DNA of 64,000 bases from Azolla caroliniana (lineage: Eukaryota > Plantae > Polypodiophyta): positions 6,758,001 through 6,822,000 of the forward strand of contig JBHGNT010000005.1 in the NCBI GenBank assembly GCA_043228905.1. Direction: 5' to 3'. A model generated the notes under the pieces. The model was not told the DNA's origin. It made no database searches and saw only the letters and a list, made by a program, of their open reading frames with translations. Each line of letters opens with the position of its first letter. Position 1 is the first letter of the stretch. Position numbers and translations under genes: made by a program. Below are positions 27,636 to 41,599 of the stretch, in pieces.

Positions 27636-28330
27636 TTAGCCTTGAAAGTGGAACAAACATAACTGAGAAGTATGTCTCCTCCAATCTAGGATGCAACAAA
27701 TGTTGATGCTCAAAAGTCCACTCAAATAAGCGACTATCACATCAATCACCTCTGGTGCAAGTGATTTAGAGTCTTCATGGAACATAAGAAGCAAGTCTTT
27801 CACATAATTGCAAAGTCCTCGTTGAAACTGATCCAGCGGTGCTTCCTTGTCCAAGGGGATATCACATTACAGAAAGGTGAAAATATTGTGTGTATGTTGA
27901 GCTTGGATAATCTCCTTGTTGTAACCTCCATAGCTCGTTGATTGTTTTCATTACACTATCAATATATGTCGAGCACACTTGAAACGCACTGATAAACCCC
28001 TTCTCCATTAGTGGAACAAACCACAATGATGTTATATGAGTTAGCAAAGATCGAATTGTTCTAACTTGAATTGTGTTGGCTGGGTATCAACTGAGATGCA
28101 AATGAATTACTAAATGCATATGGATTAGAAATGGTCGAAATTGAGACCACATACGAGTTTAAAGTTTGTAAACTTGTTTGGAAAGCTTGTCATGTTGTCG
28201 TGTCTTCTCAATACTCTCCTTATTGTAAATCTTCGAGAAGCTTATGGTTCTCTTGTTCTAATGTCACAAATTTGGTTGTGATGCAATCTAGAACCCTAAA
28301 GTATTTGTTCCATTTGATATATTCCAATGG
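27636..28330 (-). mobile_element. Degenerate Ty3/Gypsy gag remnant
   Basis: Fragments LWRLQQGDYPSSTYTQYF and DKEAPLDQFQRGLCNYVKDLL match the retrotransposon gag pattern L..L.QG..S...Y...F...AL..QF.RGL...VKD.L. Frameshifted. Confidence 0.7.
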
Positions 28331-28922
28331 CTAAAGAGCGAGCATGATAGTCATGTTGCTTCATGTTTGGCAAAGGGTCTAGAAGCCCGACTCAATATAA
28401 ACCTGACAATGTGCACACATTCATGGTTACTATGGCATCGTTCAAGGGTGAAACCTGGTGGTGTAGCTCAATGTTGCACTAGATGGATGATGACTTTCTA
28501 TCTCGATGTGTACGTGGAATGCATGGTCCATGGGACGACTTTCACATGGATGGAGGCAAGAGAGAAAACCTCCAAAAATCCAGGATTATGTCTCGAAAGG
28601 TCTAATTAATTGTACAACTAACTGGATCAGAATTCCATGGTTTTGTTGACACTTCATGCATTAGGCTCAACGAGAGCCACTCGCAACTTCGCTCAATGAA
28701 GTGAAGCAAAGAAGAAGAAGAAGAAGAAGAAGAAACCTTAACGAAACCCTCATATAACTAAATACATAAGAACTTCGATGAAAACTCTACCTTCAGGCTT
28801 CAACGAGTCTTTAGTTTTTTTGGAGATATTAAAAATTTGAAATTTTAAGAGAGAAAAAAAGGGAAGAGGCATTAATTTTAATTTTCTCCTTCTTTCCGGT
28901 CATCATCCTCAGTACAGGTTCC

Positions 28923-31241
28923 ATGGAAGCTTCGCGAATAGGAAAGAATCTTTGCAGATTTGTGAGGCACAGAACTGCACAACGTGTCGGATCGGTCTCT
29001 GTCTCGGCTATAGGTAATAATGGTTTCTTCATCTTCTCCGTTATTTCGTTGTCGCATCTCAGCCAAAACAAATGGCTCCTTCTTCTTCTTCCTTCACAAT
29101 ATCGGAGAGAATACTTCCTGTTTCTTATCAAAACGAATCGAGAAAGACTCTTTTTTTTTCAACAGCTAATGCCGTATTCTTCATTTTCTTCTTCCTTTGA
29201 ACACATCTCAAAGAAAGGCATGTTAATCGCAAATACACTTTCTCAGCTTCTTCTTCTATCTTCTCCATATCTCTCTAAAAAAATTTGCTGCCGTTTTCAA
29301 AAGGAAACAATAAACTCATTTTAATCTCGGAAAATGACAAATCCTTTTTGTTTCCAAAAATTCAGGAAACTAATGTTTTTTTCGTTTATTATTGTTTATT
29401 ATACACGTACTCTACGGGTCATCTCCGAATCTATCTTCTAACTTCTTTTCCGCAGGTAATGGTTTATTCCGTCTTCACCAGATCTCGTCAGAGAATGCAT
29501 TTTTCTCTCTTCGGCAGGTCTCTCAGTTTGTTTCTGTTTCAAAGGGAACAAAGAAAGTCATGTTCGTAGATACGCTTGCTCTGGTGTGCATTTTTTCTTT
29601 CCTTCACATTTCATCATATAATCCATAATCCATTTGTTTTCACCATCATAATCCGTTCGACTTCATTGTCTTAAACAATTTGTTTTCATCATAATCCTTC
29701 TATTTCATCATAGTTCATATTTTCAATCACATTGCTTTTGTTTTTTTATCAGTCTTTTATGTCTACTTTTTTTTTGCTTTCTCTTATAAGGTTCGACGTC
29801 TCGAGTCTCAAGGATTAAATCCAAAACAAGCTGAGGCCGTAACTGCAGCCATTATTGAAGTTCTGAATGACAGTATGGACAACGTCTCACAGACATTTGT
29901 ATCCAAGCCAAATATGCAAAAGGTCAATTTCCAAGTTATTTAAAAACATTGATGTTCAGAAATAGCTTGAGGTTATGCTAATATGGTACGCTATCGTTTT
30001 ACCATTTGAAAATATTGTCGTTGTCAAAAGGGATCGTGGTTATGCCAATGTGAAATTTTCATATCATCATTAGAAAATATTGCTGCTCTTAAAAAATCGA
30101 TCAAGTTAGGATTCTGTGGTACATTATCATATATTGTCATTTGATAAGATTGTCGAAATATTATCATGTGATACATGTTTGTATGCGCATTATAAAAGAC
30201 GCTTTATGATTATGCATGAAATGTGATGATTCAATGTATATATAATCTTGTCACTATTTGAAAAGATTGTAGATATTCAGGAAGAACTGCAGACGTGTTC
30301 TGAAATATGATAAATGATATATCATCATATGGTCGTCTGAAATATAGATATGCATCAGTTATATTATCATTTGAAAATAGGATATGTTATGGAGTGATTA
30401 TGTGATACGTTTTCATAAGTGGATACACTATGAAGTATGACTATGTGATACATAACCATTTGATTCGTTGATAAGATTGTAGCTATTTAGAAAAAGCTTC
30501 GGTATATGCTATGAAATTGATGTCAAACTGACTCATATGATGATTTGATACGTAACCACATTATCATCCAGAAATAACTAAAAATTATGCTCTAATGTAT
30601 GATTACATGATATGTTTTCATGTGTTGGGATGCCCTATGATTTATCATAAGAATTGTGACTTAGAAGAATCATTAATGAAGGTGTTTTTACTGTCTTGTA
30701 TTGACGAAACTAGTTTTTTTGGAACTTGTGAATGACGTTTGCACTTTAAGTAGCCCACACTATTTTTGAATTTAGTTCGTGTGTCATGCAACAGAATGAA
30801 ATGATTCAAGATGCTGCACTCGCAAAGCTCACATCAGAGATTCGAAATGCCCAGGTCTCTCTCTCTCTCTCTCTCTATCGCATGTGTTTGTTTTAATCTC
30901 AATATATCTGTTTATGGTTTTAAAATGTTTAGAGGAAGTGATAATGACTAAACTTTGTTACTTCCTATAACTCCCTAAAATTCTTTGTTATGTTATCTTC
31001 TTTTCTGATCCTTTCACCTCATTTCTTTGATGTCCTATCAATGATATACACATTCGTGAAGTACAGGATATTTCTAGGTGTACACAAATTATGATCCTCC
31101 TAGGGTGTAAAAGCCACAAGCTGGCTTCGTGGATATTATGTTTGTGCATGTGAATGGACCCTTCACGGATTAAAACCATAGAGTGTAAATATATACTTTG
31201 TGCACCAACACATTGCAGGTAGATACACACCTTAAAAGATT

Positions 31242-31276
<35 letters not shown>

Positions 31277-34200
31277 TTTCATAATCATTCCTGCAATTTA
31301 TATTGCTTATTCTCTCGTGTTCATTGCTGTCACTTTCGATTTGCCTTTTTAAGTGGTATCAGAGAAAGGGTGCTGTAGCTTATCCGTGTGTGCCTCAATC
31401 AGCTTGTTGGACTATAGGCGGAGCTATTGGTGATTGTGTGGTAGAGATGTGCAAAAATTCTATTAAACGAGCTGAGCCGATTTGCTAGTGCTGTTGTGTA
31501 TTGATTGGTTTGCTGATTCAACTTCTGTACTGTCTGGTTGTGTTTAAAATGATAGCGGTTTATTGCTGTTTGAATTATAGCCTCAAGTGTATTTGTGTTA
31601 TATCCGTGATTTTGACAGAATGGCTACTATTTCTACCATTTATAACACAAAGTTTGATGGTCAATGTTTTGATATTTGGAAAGATTAGATGCAAGGTATT
31701 CTTTTCTTGAAAGAAGACGAAGATGCCTTGCAAGTAATTTGGGTTGAACAAATATCTGACTAAGATTGGGCAAAGATAAGCAAAAAAGCATTTTGACCTA
31801 TATTGAAATGGGCGTCACTTATAATATCCTAACATATATCAAAGGCTTGTATATTGGTTATGCTAGATGGGAGAAGTTGAAGACTATACATATGAAATCG
31901 CTACACTCATCAATCAGGTGCATTAGATGTGGAAGCTGGCTAGCATTTGATCGGATGAGTCCAAGCTAACCTATTGCAGTTAAGAGTTAGGTGAGAGTTA
32001 TTTTCTTGATTATGACCCTGCCAGACTCATGGGAAACACTAGTGGTTCTTTGGGCAATAATCCTAGTCTTGCATATGATGGGTGTGAGAGGAGATATTCT
32101 CAATGAAGAGATTAGACGAAAATTCAGTAGGAAAGGCAATGAGTGGCTCAATATATAATGTTCTGGGCATGGTTGATAAGAAGCAGAAGTAAAAGTAGAG
32201 GAAGCAAAAGCAGTGCAATATTACATGTTACAAGCAGCCTGATTGTTGGTACTCTAAGAAGGAACATGAAAGAAAGAAAAATGCATGAGACTAGGAAGAC
32301 AAGGTTGATGCATCTAGGAAGGTCAATGTGACCTCTAGTGTTGTCAATGAAGAACTGCTTGATGGAGATGGTAATGCATGTTGTGCTAGTTGTGACGCCA
32401 AATAAGCTTGATGTGAGCTCTACAAAGGGCACCCTTATGGGATATGGGGATGGAGGTCAGATGGGTTACAATATATGGTTACCTTAGTCCCAAGAATTTT
32501 ACACAATCGGCATTTAGTGTTTGCTGGGGTTAAGTTGCTGAAAAATTCTTTGGTCTTTGATGCAGAATCTAAGCGAGTCAAAATTTAGTGTGTACAGCTA
32601 CCCACGATGTTAAGGAGAATGAGCTTCATGATGCTTTACTGTAGGCTGAAATAGATGATCAGCCAGTTAAGAAGTTGGTCAACAAAGAGGTGCTCCTGAA
32701 GGTGCACTGGACAGCAAGATGCAGGTTCTTGTCAACAAGATGAAGGTGCTAAATGGCATGAACAACATGCTAAGCATGTTTTTGCAGCATCTAGAAAATG
32801 CCAAAATTGATTAGGTTATCAATGCAGGCAAGCCTCTTACTTATGAAAAGAGGGGACTCAACAGTAAGGGGGAGTTTGCAATGTTAAGCTTGGTGTGCAG
32901 CATCCAGAAAATGCTGAAATGGAATTGCCTCTTGATATGGAGCTAGTGTTAGAGAATTTGAGTAATTGGGTATATGACCTTGCCCCATCAGAGGGCAACT
33001 GCATAGATATGACCCCCCTTTGCATTATGTAATACCATCAAATGCAGGTGAGCCTCTTAAGAAAAAGAGGAAGTCAACAGTAAGTGGGAGCTTGCAATGC
33101 GAGAAAAATTTAGATCTTTCTATCCAAATGATACTTGAGATCTTGTGCCTTTGCCTAAAGGAAGTACAAGGCACGATTCATTGCCAAGGGACACATTGAC
33201 TTCTAAGAGATCTTCTCCTGTTATGTCTCAACAGTAACGGGGAGATTGCAATGCTAAGCATGAACAACATGGTAAGCATGGTGTGCAGCATCTAGAAAAT
33301 GCTGAAATTGAATTGCCTTTTGATATAGAGCTAGTGTTAGAGAATTTGGGTGATTGGGACACAACCTTGCCCCATCAGAGGGCAACTGCATATATATGAC
33401 CCCGCTTTGCATTATGTAAATACTGTAAAATGCAGGTGAGCCTCTTATGAAAAGAAGAAGTCAACAATAAGTGGAGGTGTCCAATGCGAGAAAAAAGAAC
33501 GTCTTTGCATGCAAATGATACTCGAGATCTTGTGTGTTTGCCCAAAGCAAGAACAAGGCACGATTCATTGCTAAGTGACATATTGACTTCTGAGAGGTCT
33601 TCTCCTGTTACGACTCAACAGTAAGGGGGAGTTTGCAATGTTAAGCATGAACAACATGGTAAGCCTGGTGTGCAGCATCTAGAAAATGCTGAAATTGAAT
33701 TGCCTTCGATATGGAGCTAGTGTTAGAGAATTTGGGCAATTGGGTACACAACCTTGCATAGATATGTTCCCTCTTTGCATTATGTACTACTGTAAAATGC
33801 AGGTGCTCTTATGAAGAGATCTACATGAAAAAGCCTGAGGGGCATTTAATATGCAAACTGAAATGCAGATTATATGGACTAAACTAAGCACCACACCAGT
33901 GGTATCAAAAGTTTTATGCTTTTATGCTCTCTCATTAGTTAATCTCAGCCATGCAAACTGTTGTTTATGCATGAAGATGTATATTGAAAGAGCCCTGTTG
34001 TACTTGATTTAGATGTAGATGATGTATTGCTACTTGGAAGGAGAAAGGCTTGTCTTGATTTATTGCTCTCACTCATTGCTAAAGTCAGTCTTTCTATTTG
34101 AAGTATTTGGGAAACACAGCATAATCTGGATATGAGGATCAGCAAAAATAGAAAGAAAAAAATGCTGATTTCTTATTATGAGAAATGGACATTGAAATAG

Positions 34201-37200
34201 TACATTTTACTTGGAGATCTTTTGCCTTCAGGTATATTAAATTGAATAAAACCAATAGCCAAAGAATGAGATGGAAGAGAATGCAATGAAGGGAGTTCCT
34301 TATGCATCAGCTTGCGCTCTTTTATGTGTGCTATGGTTGCCACTCTTTTGGATATTGCTCATGTAGTGGTAGTTCTCAGTTGCAATATGTCTGATCTTGG
34401 TAAAACACATTGGGGGCTGGCAAGCTCACCTTTAGATATCTTATGGGTACACAGAAAGTCTGTATGCTGTGGGCAGGTTGCAGTAGGCTAGCAGAGTTAC
34501 TACGATGCAAACATGGCAGGCTACATAGATACTCTTTACAGTTGCCGGTTGAGCAGTGTCTTGGTTCTGTAGATTGTAGAAAATCTTAAGACGGTGTACA
34601 AGTGAAATTGAGTATATGTTAGCTATTGAAGCGCCTAAGGCAAACTGCTAAATGTCTTGCATGTTCATCAATACACTGATGTTGAGTTATGAAAGATGGC
34701 ATAGTTGGATGGAACAAAATCAAAATGTAGATTAATTCTGCATATGTTCTCCATTAAATCCATGTCAAGGCTTGCAAAGATGGATGGATGTTTGGGATTT
34801 GATAAACTCAAACAATAACTCAAGTACAATGGCTATTGTTTCTCTAATGCACAAGTAACCAACCATATCATATCTTTCTCTCATTGACAATCCACCCGAC
34901 CACTAACAAACCATACCAAATCCATGATAACCTAAGATGGATGGACATTTTATGAACCTTTATAAAATATTTAATGATTTGATGAACATGAGAGAGAACT
35001 CCAAAACAATGTTTAATGTCTCAGCCCTTGAAGAAGACTACAAACACTATTCAGTTATATGGGAGTTGACAACCTCAAATCCTTGGACATCCACCAACAA
35101 AATAATGTATACCATGGGTTATACAAACACACAAGGAAAGCAAGAAGGCTATAGACTGAAATGGGCACATTTTTATCAATGGCTAGATACAAGTGGATCC
35201 AACTCGGGCCCTAATAGACATGAGTTTATTCATTGTGCTATGCGACTTCCCTCCCAAAGGATCAAACTATGCAAAAGTCTAGGAATCATGCTGCTGTCTG
35301 GTCTGAGAGCATTATGCAATACTCAAGTCTAGGAAAAGTATACCGCATAGAGGGATGTGTGTATGACTTGAAAGACTTGGCAGTGATTCACATGTCTTTG
35401 GAGAACTTGGGATCATGTAGGAGCTCCAATGATTCAAGATCAAACAACATATTGCATTGATTTTAGTGGTCTTAGTGGGAGAACATCTGATTATATCCTT
35501 GATGCAAACAACTTCAGCCCCTCATTCAATCGGCTGCTTTACCCACGTATTAGCAGATAATCATGTCCAACAAGGACTCTACCATCTAGACACCATCAAT
35601 AGTTTTCCTTACCACACATTGCCCAAATGCCAAGTTCTTGGAGTATGCCACAAAGTTAGTAGGATAAGGAATGTAAAGATGCGTATCAACTACTTTATAC
35701 AAATCTCTGCCTTATGCAAAGCTTATGAGCCCTTACACCACAAATAACTTGAAAGCAAATCTGAACCCTTATGTGCCAATATTTAGATTTATTTAGAGAA
35801 CACCAAACCTCAACCTCAATGAGAGATCCGCAACTATGACATTTTCATGCAGAATTCATGCATCATATTCCCCACCCATCCACTTTACCACAACCTTTGC
35901 CCTACTACCTTTACATTTTTCACTTCATACAAGGTTGAGAAGGCTGTATCCAAGGTTGAGAAGCAAGGATGCCCACTCTTTCCTACCCTCTTTGGATTGA
36001 TTATCAACAAGCAGCAGACTACATCAAATGTAGAAGTAATGAAGTGATCAACGTATTAGGTACACCTGCCCACATTCTTTTTTATGTTGATGACATAGTC
36101 TTGGTGTTTGAATCTCATGCATGTCTATAACATCATCTCAATGCTGTAGATGGTTTTTGCTGTGAAAATGGGCCCACAGTAAACTGAAGGAAGACTAAAC
36201 ACACGATTTTCCACTCATCCGTTCCGACTTGCAGACAAGCTGTCTGCTTGCTATATGTTGCAGTAGTGGATTCCTATGCATATCCAGATTGCACATTCCT
36301 AAGGATGAATGGGTGCTTCTCTATCACGCAGGCCATCAACGATCAACTTGCTTAGGGGTATGCACCTCTAGACATGCGCACTTCTAGTAGCCTGAGAATC
36401 AAATCATAGGGAGTCGATCCACACCTCAATTGACAACATGTGAAGGAGTCACACTAGAGTGGGCAGAATAAAGGCAACTACAATGTAGTCCGCGGGTACC
36501 TGGACATAACGCGCCTGAGACATACTATTACCAGATCATGGAGATACATTGCTTGATCTTGTAATTTGTCATAGCCTTGTTCCACCGCACAAATGCAATA
36601 TCCTGTCATCAATACTGAATCCCGATACATATTAGTTATGCACTTCATGCTTCTGACTCATCGTTATGGAGCTTTATGAAATGTAGAGCTTTTATTTTTG
36701 TTTTTATATGAATACCATGGAGACAAAAACCTATCAGGCACAAGCCCTATCAATCACATTCTTCCAGATGTCCCTCTGTAGATTAAATTCTTCTGTAAGG
36801 GCTTTATACATAATTTAATCAATGCATAAAAATCAATAATGATGTTTAAACTATTCAACATCTAATACTTGTGATTGCTATTTTTGTATTCATTCACCAA
36901 CAGGAGTATAAAGTGTCATTATTACATCGTGAATTAGAGAGAATACAAACAGATGTTGAAAAAATGCGGAGTGATTTAAGGTCTGTTGAATATGTGGAAT
37001 CACCACATCTATTATAGCTCCTTTTCCCTCTCCTTGAATAGTGTCCTTGATAATCAATGCCAGGTATGAAATCGACAAGGTCACGGCAGCCCAGAGACTA
37101 GACATCAACCTGGAAAGGGGGTAAGTTATCTGATTATCTTACTGCTTTATCTCTTAACTTTAATGTATTTAATGTCACATGAGAACTCTGGTTTTTTCAG

Positions 37201-37801
37201 GAGAACTAGAGATGATTTAGCAAATCAGAGTGCAGAAACATCTGAGTTGACAAATAAGCTTGATAGAGTAAGAAGTTTAAACAGTGTAGTAAAGAGTTAT
37301 AAAAACGTCTAATATTTTGTAATATTCAAATGTCAATGGTATGAATGAGCAGGAAATCAATGCCTTGAAGACCCAAGTTGAGGCAGCGAAATATGAAGTC
37401 ATCAAATACGGTCTTGGTAATATAACTGAACTCCAACTAGCATTCATATTTAACTTAACAAACAGGTTTTGATTTACTTTGCTTTTGTGTACAGTATTCT
37501 AGTTCAATTCCAAATTATCACTAAGAGTTTTTCTGCAAATGCCCCTGGTCAACCCCATAAAAAAGAGAAAAAAGCAGACCAACCATACAATTGCTCAAAT
37601 TATCATTGCTGTAGAGGGGGGGGGGGGTTGACCAAGAGCATTTGGGAAATAAAGAAAAACCTGGGTATTTATAATTTCTTTCCTTGGTTTTATGTGTCTG
37701 GAGTATCTGGTTTGACTCATGTTTCTCTGGTTGGGATACGTGTAGGTACCATTGTCTCTTTAACTGCAGTTGGCCTTGGTCTATTGCGCATTCTAATGTG
37801 A
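28923..37801 (+). CDS. DUF1640 / CCDC90-MCUR1 / FMP32-like mitochondrial coiled-coil protein, 243 aa; exons 28923-29013, 29456-29583, 29791-29922, 30795-30854, 36904-36980, 37064-37120, 37201-37267, 37353-37416, 37746-37801
   Basis: Spliced protein ...MFVDTLAL|VRRLESQGLNPKQAEAVTAAIIEVLNDS...MQK|NEMIQD...|...EKMRSDLR|YEIDKVTAAQRLDINLERG|RTRDDLANQSAETSELTNKLDR|EINALKTQVEAAKYEVIKYGLG|TIVSLTAVGLGLLRILM* matches plant DUF1640 proteins. All introns are GT-AG with consistent phases (732 nt). The N-terminus is R/S-rich like a mitochondrial transit peptide. Exon 1 is the least certain. Confidence 0.93.
30926..34640 (+). mobile_element. Decayed Ty1/Copia element in intron 4 of the DUF1640 gene
   Basis: tRNA-iMet PBS TGGTATCAGAG at 31354-31364; gag start MATIST..KFDGQCFDIWK (about 31620); integrase tail GYGDGGQMGY; RT pieces EEIYMKKPEG, YGL..AP.QWYQKF, DVDDVLL and VPYASA; RNase H pieces AVSW and TSEIEY. 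Many stops. The left LTR boundary is approximate. Confidence 0.85.
32750..33830 (+). repeat. About 387-bp tandem amplification (about 2.7 copies) inside Copia pol
   Basis: GAGCTAGTGTTAGAGAATTTG at 32940, 33328 and 33714. Units include SKWELAMREK...NDT*DLVPLPKG, the Copia pre-RT segment. Confidence 0.85.
34900..36420 (+). mobile_element. Decayed non-LTR (LINE) reverse transcriptase fragment
   Basis: KQGCPLFPTLFGL (about 35961), ILFYVDDIVL (about 36074) and TVN*RKTK..IF, all LINE RT motifs. Boundaries approximate. Confidence 0.75.
37512..37677. mobile_element. MITE-like inverted repeat in intron 8 of the DUF1640 gene
   Basis: AAATGCCCCTGGTCAACCCC (37537-37556) matches the reverse complement of 37624-37643 (AAATGCTCTTGGTCAACCCC) at 18/20, with weaker outer extension. 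Confidence 0.55.
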
Positions 37802-40800
37802 TAAAAATTGGTTCCATAAATATTGGGAGCTGTTCATTGATTATCCATTTTTTTCACCGATTTGTATCTAAATAATTCTGAATTGAGGGCATTTTCATGA
37901 TGCTTTTGACAAAAATACGAGATTACATTTTGTATGATTTTATTTTATTTCTTAGAAATGGCACCCATTGCGAAATGCTTGAAAGTTGAAGCACAACTTC
38001 TTTTACAGAAATTATAAAAACATGCTTCATAGTTTCTTTCCGGACATTCCAAAAAGTCATATGCCAGGTCATATTGCTAAATTGATGCCTATAAATTATT
38101 AACTGTAAACAGCCAAAGTTAAATCAATTTATAATCTTTGAAAGTAAGATGTCCGTTAGACATTTGATAATCTTTTTCATTAGCATTTTAGAGATTTGCT
38201 TTTAAGCAAAGCATATGAACATACAAAGTTTAGAACTGTTATCAGCGTATAGCATTTTGTAATATCTGAGAATGGGATGGTATATATTTCTAATTTCCGC
38301 TTTGTTTTGTAGCTCATGGTTTGCTTGCACTGTCATAGAGTCGTTTTCATTCTATGAACGAAGTTCAATGGAATTTTGTGTGACTTATATCGTAAAGAAT
38401 ATGATAAGGATTGGTGCTTGGTGAGAATGTGTCATGCGCTCATAGATGCATCCAGCTCGATTGAGGTCCAGGATATCTATACGTTTGGAAGTAAGAGAGA
38501 TATTGCACAGATTGTATGGCAAAACCAGATAATGAAAGTAGGTGGTGGGCAGCCAATGGCACTAGAAGGATTTGGGTAACATGAGCATCATGATGTTATA
38601 TTGATTCTCCAACCATAATAAGGGCGCTATAGTATCATCATTGAGGTAATGTGATGTTATAATTCTCCTACCGTTATGCTATACACTGCTAAAGTCTAGG
38701 TCAAGATTGTCAATTATAAAAAATCTCTATTAATAAGGAATAACAGTCCATGTATAGTGTAGGGAAGCTGAAGGAAATTACACTCTATTAAAAAGGTGAC
38801 AGTGGGATGTTGGAAGAAAAGGAAAATTGTGATCTCGTAAAAATAAACAAGCAAGCTAGGAAATAAACCATAAGAGAACCTGAACCTAAGAATTAGATGG
38901 AGGTTGCTGTAGTTGCACTCTAATTAAACAATATCATTATAAAGAATCAATGCTGACAACCATTTTTATGAAACCAAACTTTTTCGTAATCATAGTTTGT
39001 AATACATCTAAAAAATTTGCTATTCGACACAATTCTAAGTTTAAAGCTTAGGAAATCTCATGATAGAGTCTCTCTTGCGACCCATTCCAACATGAAACGA
39101 GTGTACATATAGTTGGTTACATGTTCCAATGTGTTCCAACATGGATGTTGTATGGGCATGGATGGAAAACAATTGGAGAAGCTGGAAGGTATTAATATGA
39201 ATTGGACCTTTGCAAATTGAAAGTACTAGATTATGGAAAAGGTGATAGATGAGGAACCCCATTAGAGTACGGAACCCCTTATGATATACTACAAATGCAA
39301 GGGTACATAAGTAAGGGCATGAAATAATATGAGTACCATAACAATCTACTTGTTGAGGCTTGATTGTCGATTGATTTTACGTAATTAGCTTTTGTTGTAG
39401 GCTATGTTGACTCAACATCCTTGTAGAATAAGCAAAGGGATAATATTTGAATAATCCACACATATTGATGTATAGTTTTGGATAGATAATCCAAATTATG
39501 TTTAAGAACTTTGTGAATCTTGATAATCATAGGGAACATAATTCAATAATTCAGATCAATTTCTTCTTTGCCATGAAGTAAAACATGTGAATTGATTTCC
39601 ACTATAATTTGCAGTGTATATAATGTGGAATTATGGGTTATTAAACTTTTTCCCACATGAAGAATAGTACAGGATATCCGATTAGTTTAATTGTAGGATA
39701 AGAGAGCCACACACATTAAAGTTTGAATGTTTATGATTATTGAAGCGACCAAAAGATGTAGCAATAAATTACCTCAAATATGTAGATTGTTAAATAGACT
39801 GTTTCTTTGTTTGTCAATGGTAAAACGCTTAAGAATGAACAAGGTTAGAGTAAAACATCTTCATTATACAAAAAACCTTCATATGAAAATTGTAGGCTTC
39901 TATAGTCAAAATTAGATTAAACTAGAAGCCTTAACTTTGACAAAACATATGTAGGTAATTTTGAAAATAAAGAAGCATGCCTTTTTGAATTTGAACTTTG
40001 ATTAATTTCAAGACCAATGTACCACAAGTTTACTAATTCATGAATAGTTGATGGGTGTCCATGTGTGATCCATTCATGATTGTCATAGAGATTGAAAGAT
40101 GGGAATCAAAAGTTCTTAATCTTGTTGAGATTGGTGAGGAAAAAACAAAATTCTACTTGACATGGTTTGTAAATTAAAATTAAAATGAAACAAAGACAAA
40201 TACAGTCTTTGCAAAAGGTTTTTGTTTTTTATGAAGTCAAAAGCAAAGAAATGATCATATGTGGAAAAGGGTTCAACCAAAAGACATCATAGATGATTGA
40301 AGAAATTGTGTCATTTCATCATCGATGACATCATCACCAACTTGCCTCTAGTGGCCTTCCATGCTTTTCACTTTGGTATGAACACAATTGTTTCTTATGT
40401 ACAATTAACTAACACCATCTTCATTATCTTTGAAATTAATAAGTTGGGTTTATAACATGACCCTCAACCATTGTTTTGTTGGACATCGACTTCAATAATA
40501 AAATGGATTGTTTCTTCCCCTCTTCAAATATAGCCATAATCATATTTTCCACATTTCTATACAAATTTAGGGAGCCTAATTGCATAAAGTGGTTCATGCA
40601 TTCCTAAAAAATTGACGGATTTTTTATTTGCAACCGCCTACTACCCATTCCTAACCCAACCTAAGTGTATAGTTTCTAGATGTACGACCTTAAAGTCAAC
40701 CACAAACCATATTTTGTAGTACCTTTTTTTGTACTTGTTTGCTGTGATAAAGTTGCATGCATATCATTTGCAACCAAAGAAAAATGTCACATGGACCGTA

Positions 40801-41599
40801 TAACCCACTGCCTTTGTAATGATAACATACGAAAGAAATCTTCCAATACATTAGACTTCCACATCTAGGCTTCTATTCATAATCAATGATGTGTCTTTCT
40901 TTAAGATCTTGCCTTAAGGAGGGCCATCATGGATATTTTGTAATGTCTACTATCCAGCCATTTAAATTGATATCGAGGATTTGTCGTTTTGCTTAATTCC
41001 TTCATATCTGGGTTTCTCTCCTATCGTTGCCCTCACAATTTTAAACAAGAAGACAAAACAAAATATCTATCTCTTGGTCTTTGGTCTTCACAATACGAAG
41101 GAAAACAAAACTAACAAATTATTTGAGACAATCAATCTTTCTCATTTTTATATCTTATCCTTTGATTGAATGGTCCGTTACAATAGTTTATAGTTTATAG
41201 TGGAAGTTGCAATCAACTCACCATTTTCTTAGATTGTTCTATGATAATCAGTTGTATATGTGTAACCTAATTTGGGGTTGAAGTATGTTGTTACCTTTGA
41301 ACCTAATTTATATTATGGATGTTATCTTAGAACAACACATAAGCTAATCCAAATTTAGGTATAACATTTAACATTGTTTTTAGCCTAGAAACAATTCCCA
41401 ATTTTGCAATGAATGAGAAACAAGTGTCATTCATTGAAAGGGAATGTAGTACCCAATTTGCGGCAATGTGGCTTTTTCCATGAAGCTTAGGAGACTACCA
41501 AGCATGTCCTATGGTCTTGTCCCTTCACTCAACAAGTATGGAATAAAGTCATGTCTTTATTCCTAACAATCAATGTCAGTTGCCTATTCTCATGGGGAT

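Noticed and set aside
31600-31700. Apparent AG/GT-bounded exon in the DUF1640 intron
   Set aside because: It translates as the Copia gag start, and the host protein is complete without it.
32860-33640. Repeated AAGGGGGAGTTTG read as polypurine tract plus LTR start
   Set aside because: It aligns with AAGTGGGAGCTTGCAATG (K-W-E-L-A-M) of Copia pol, so it is mutated coding sequence.
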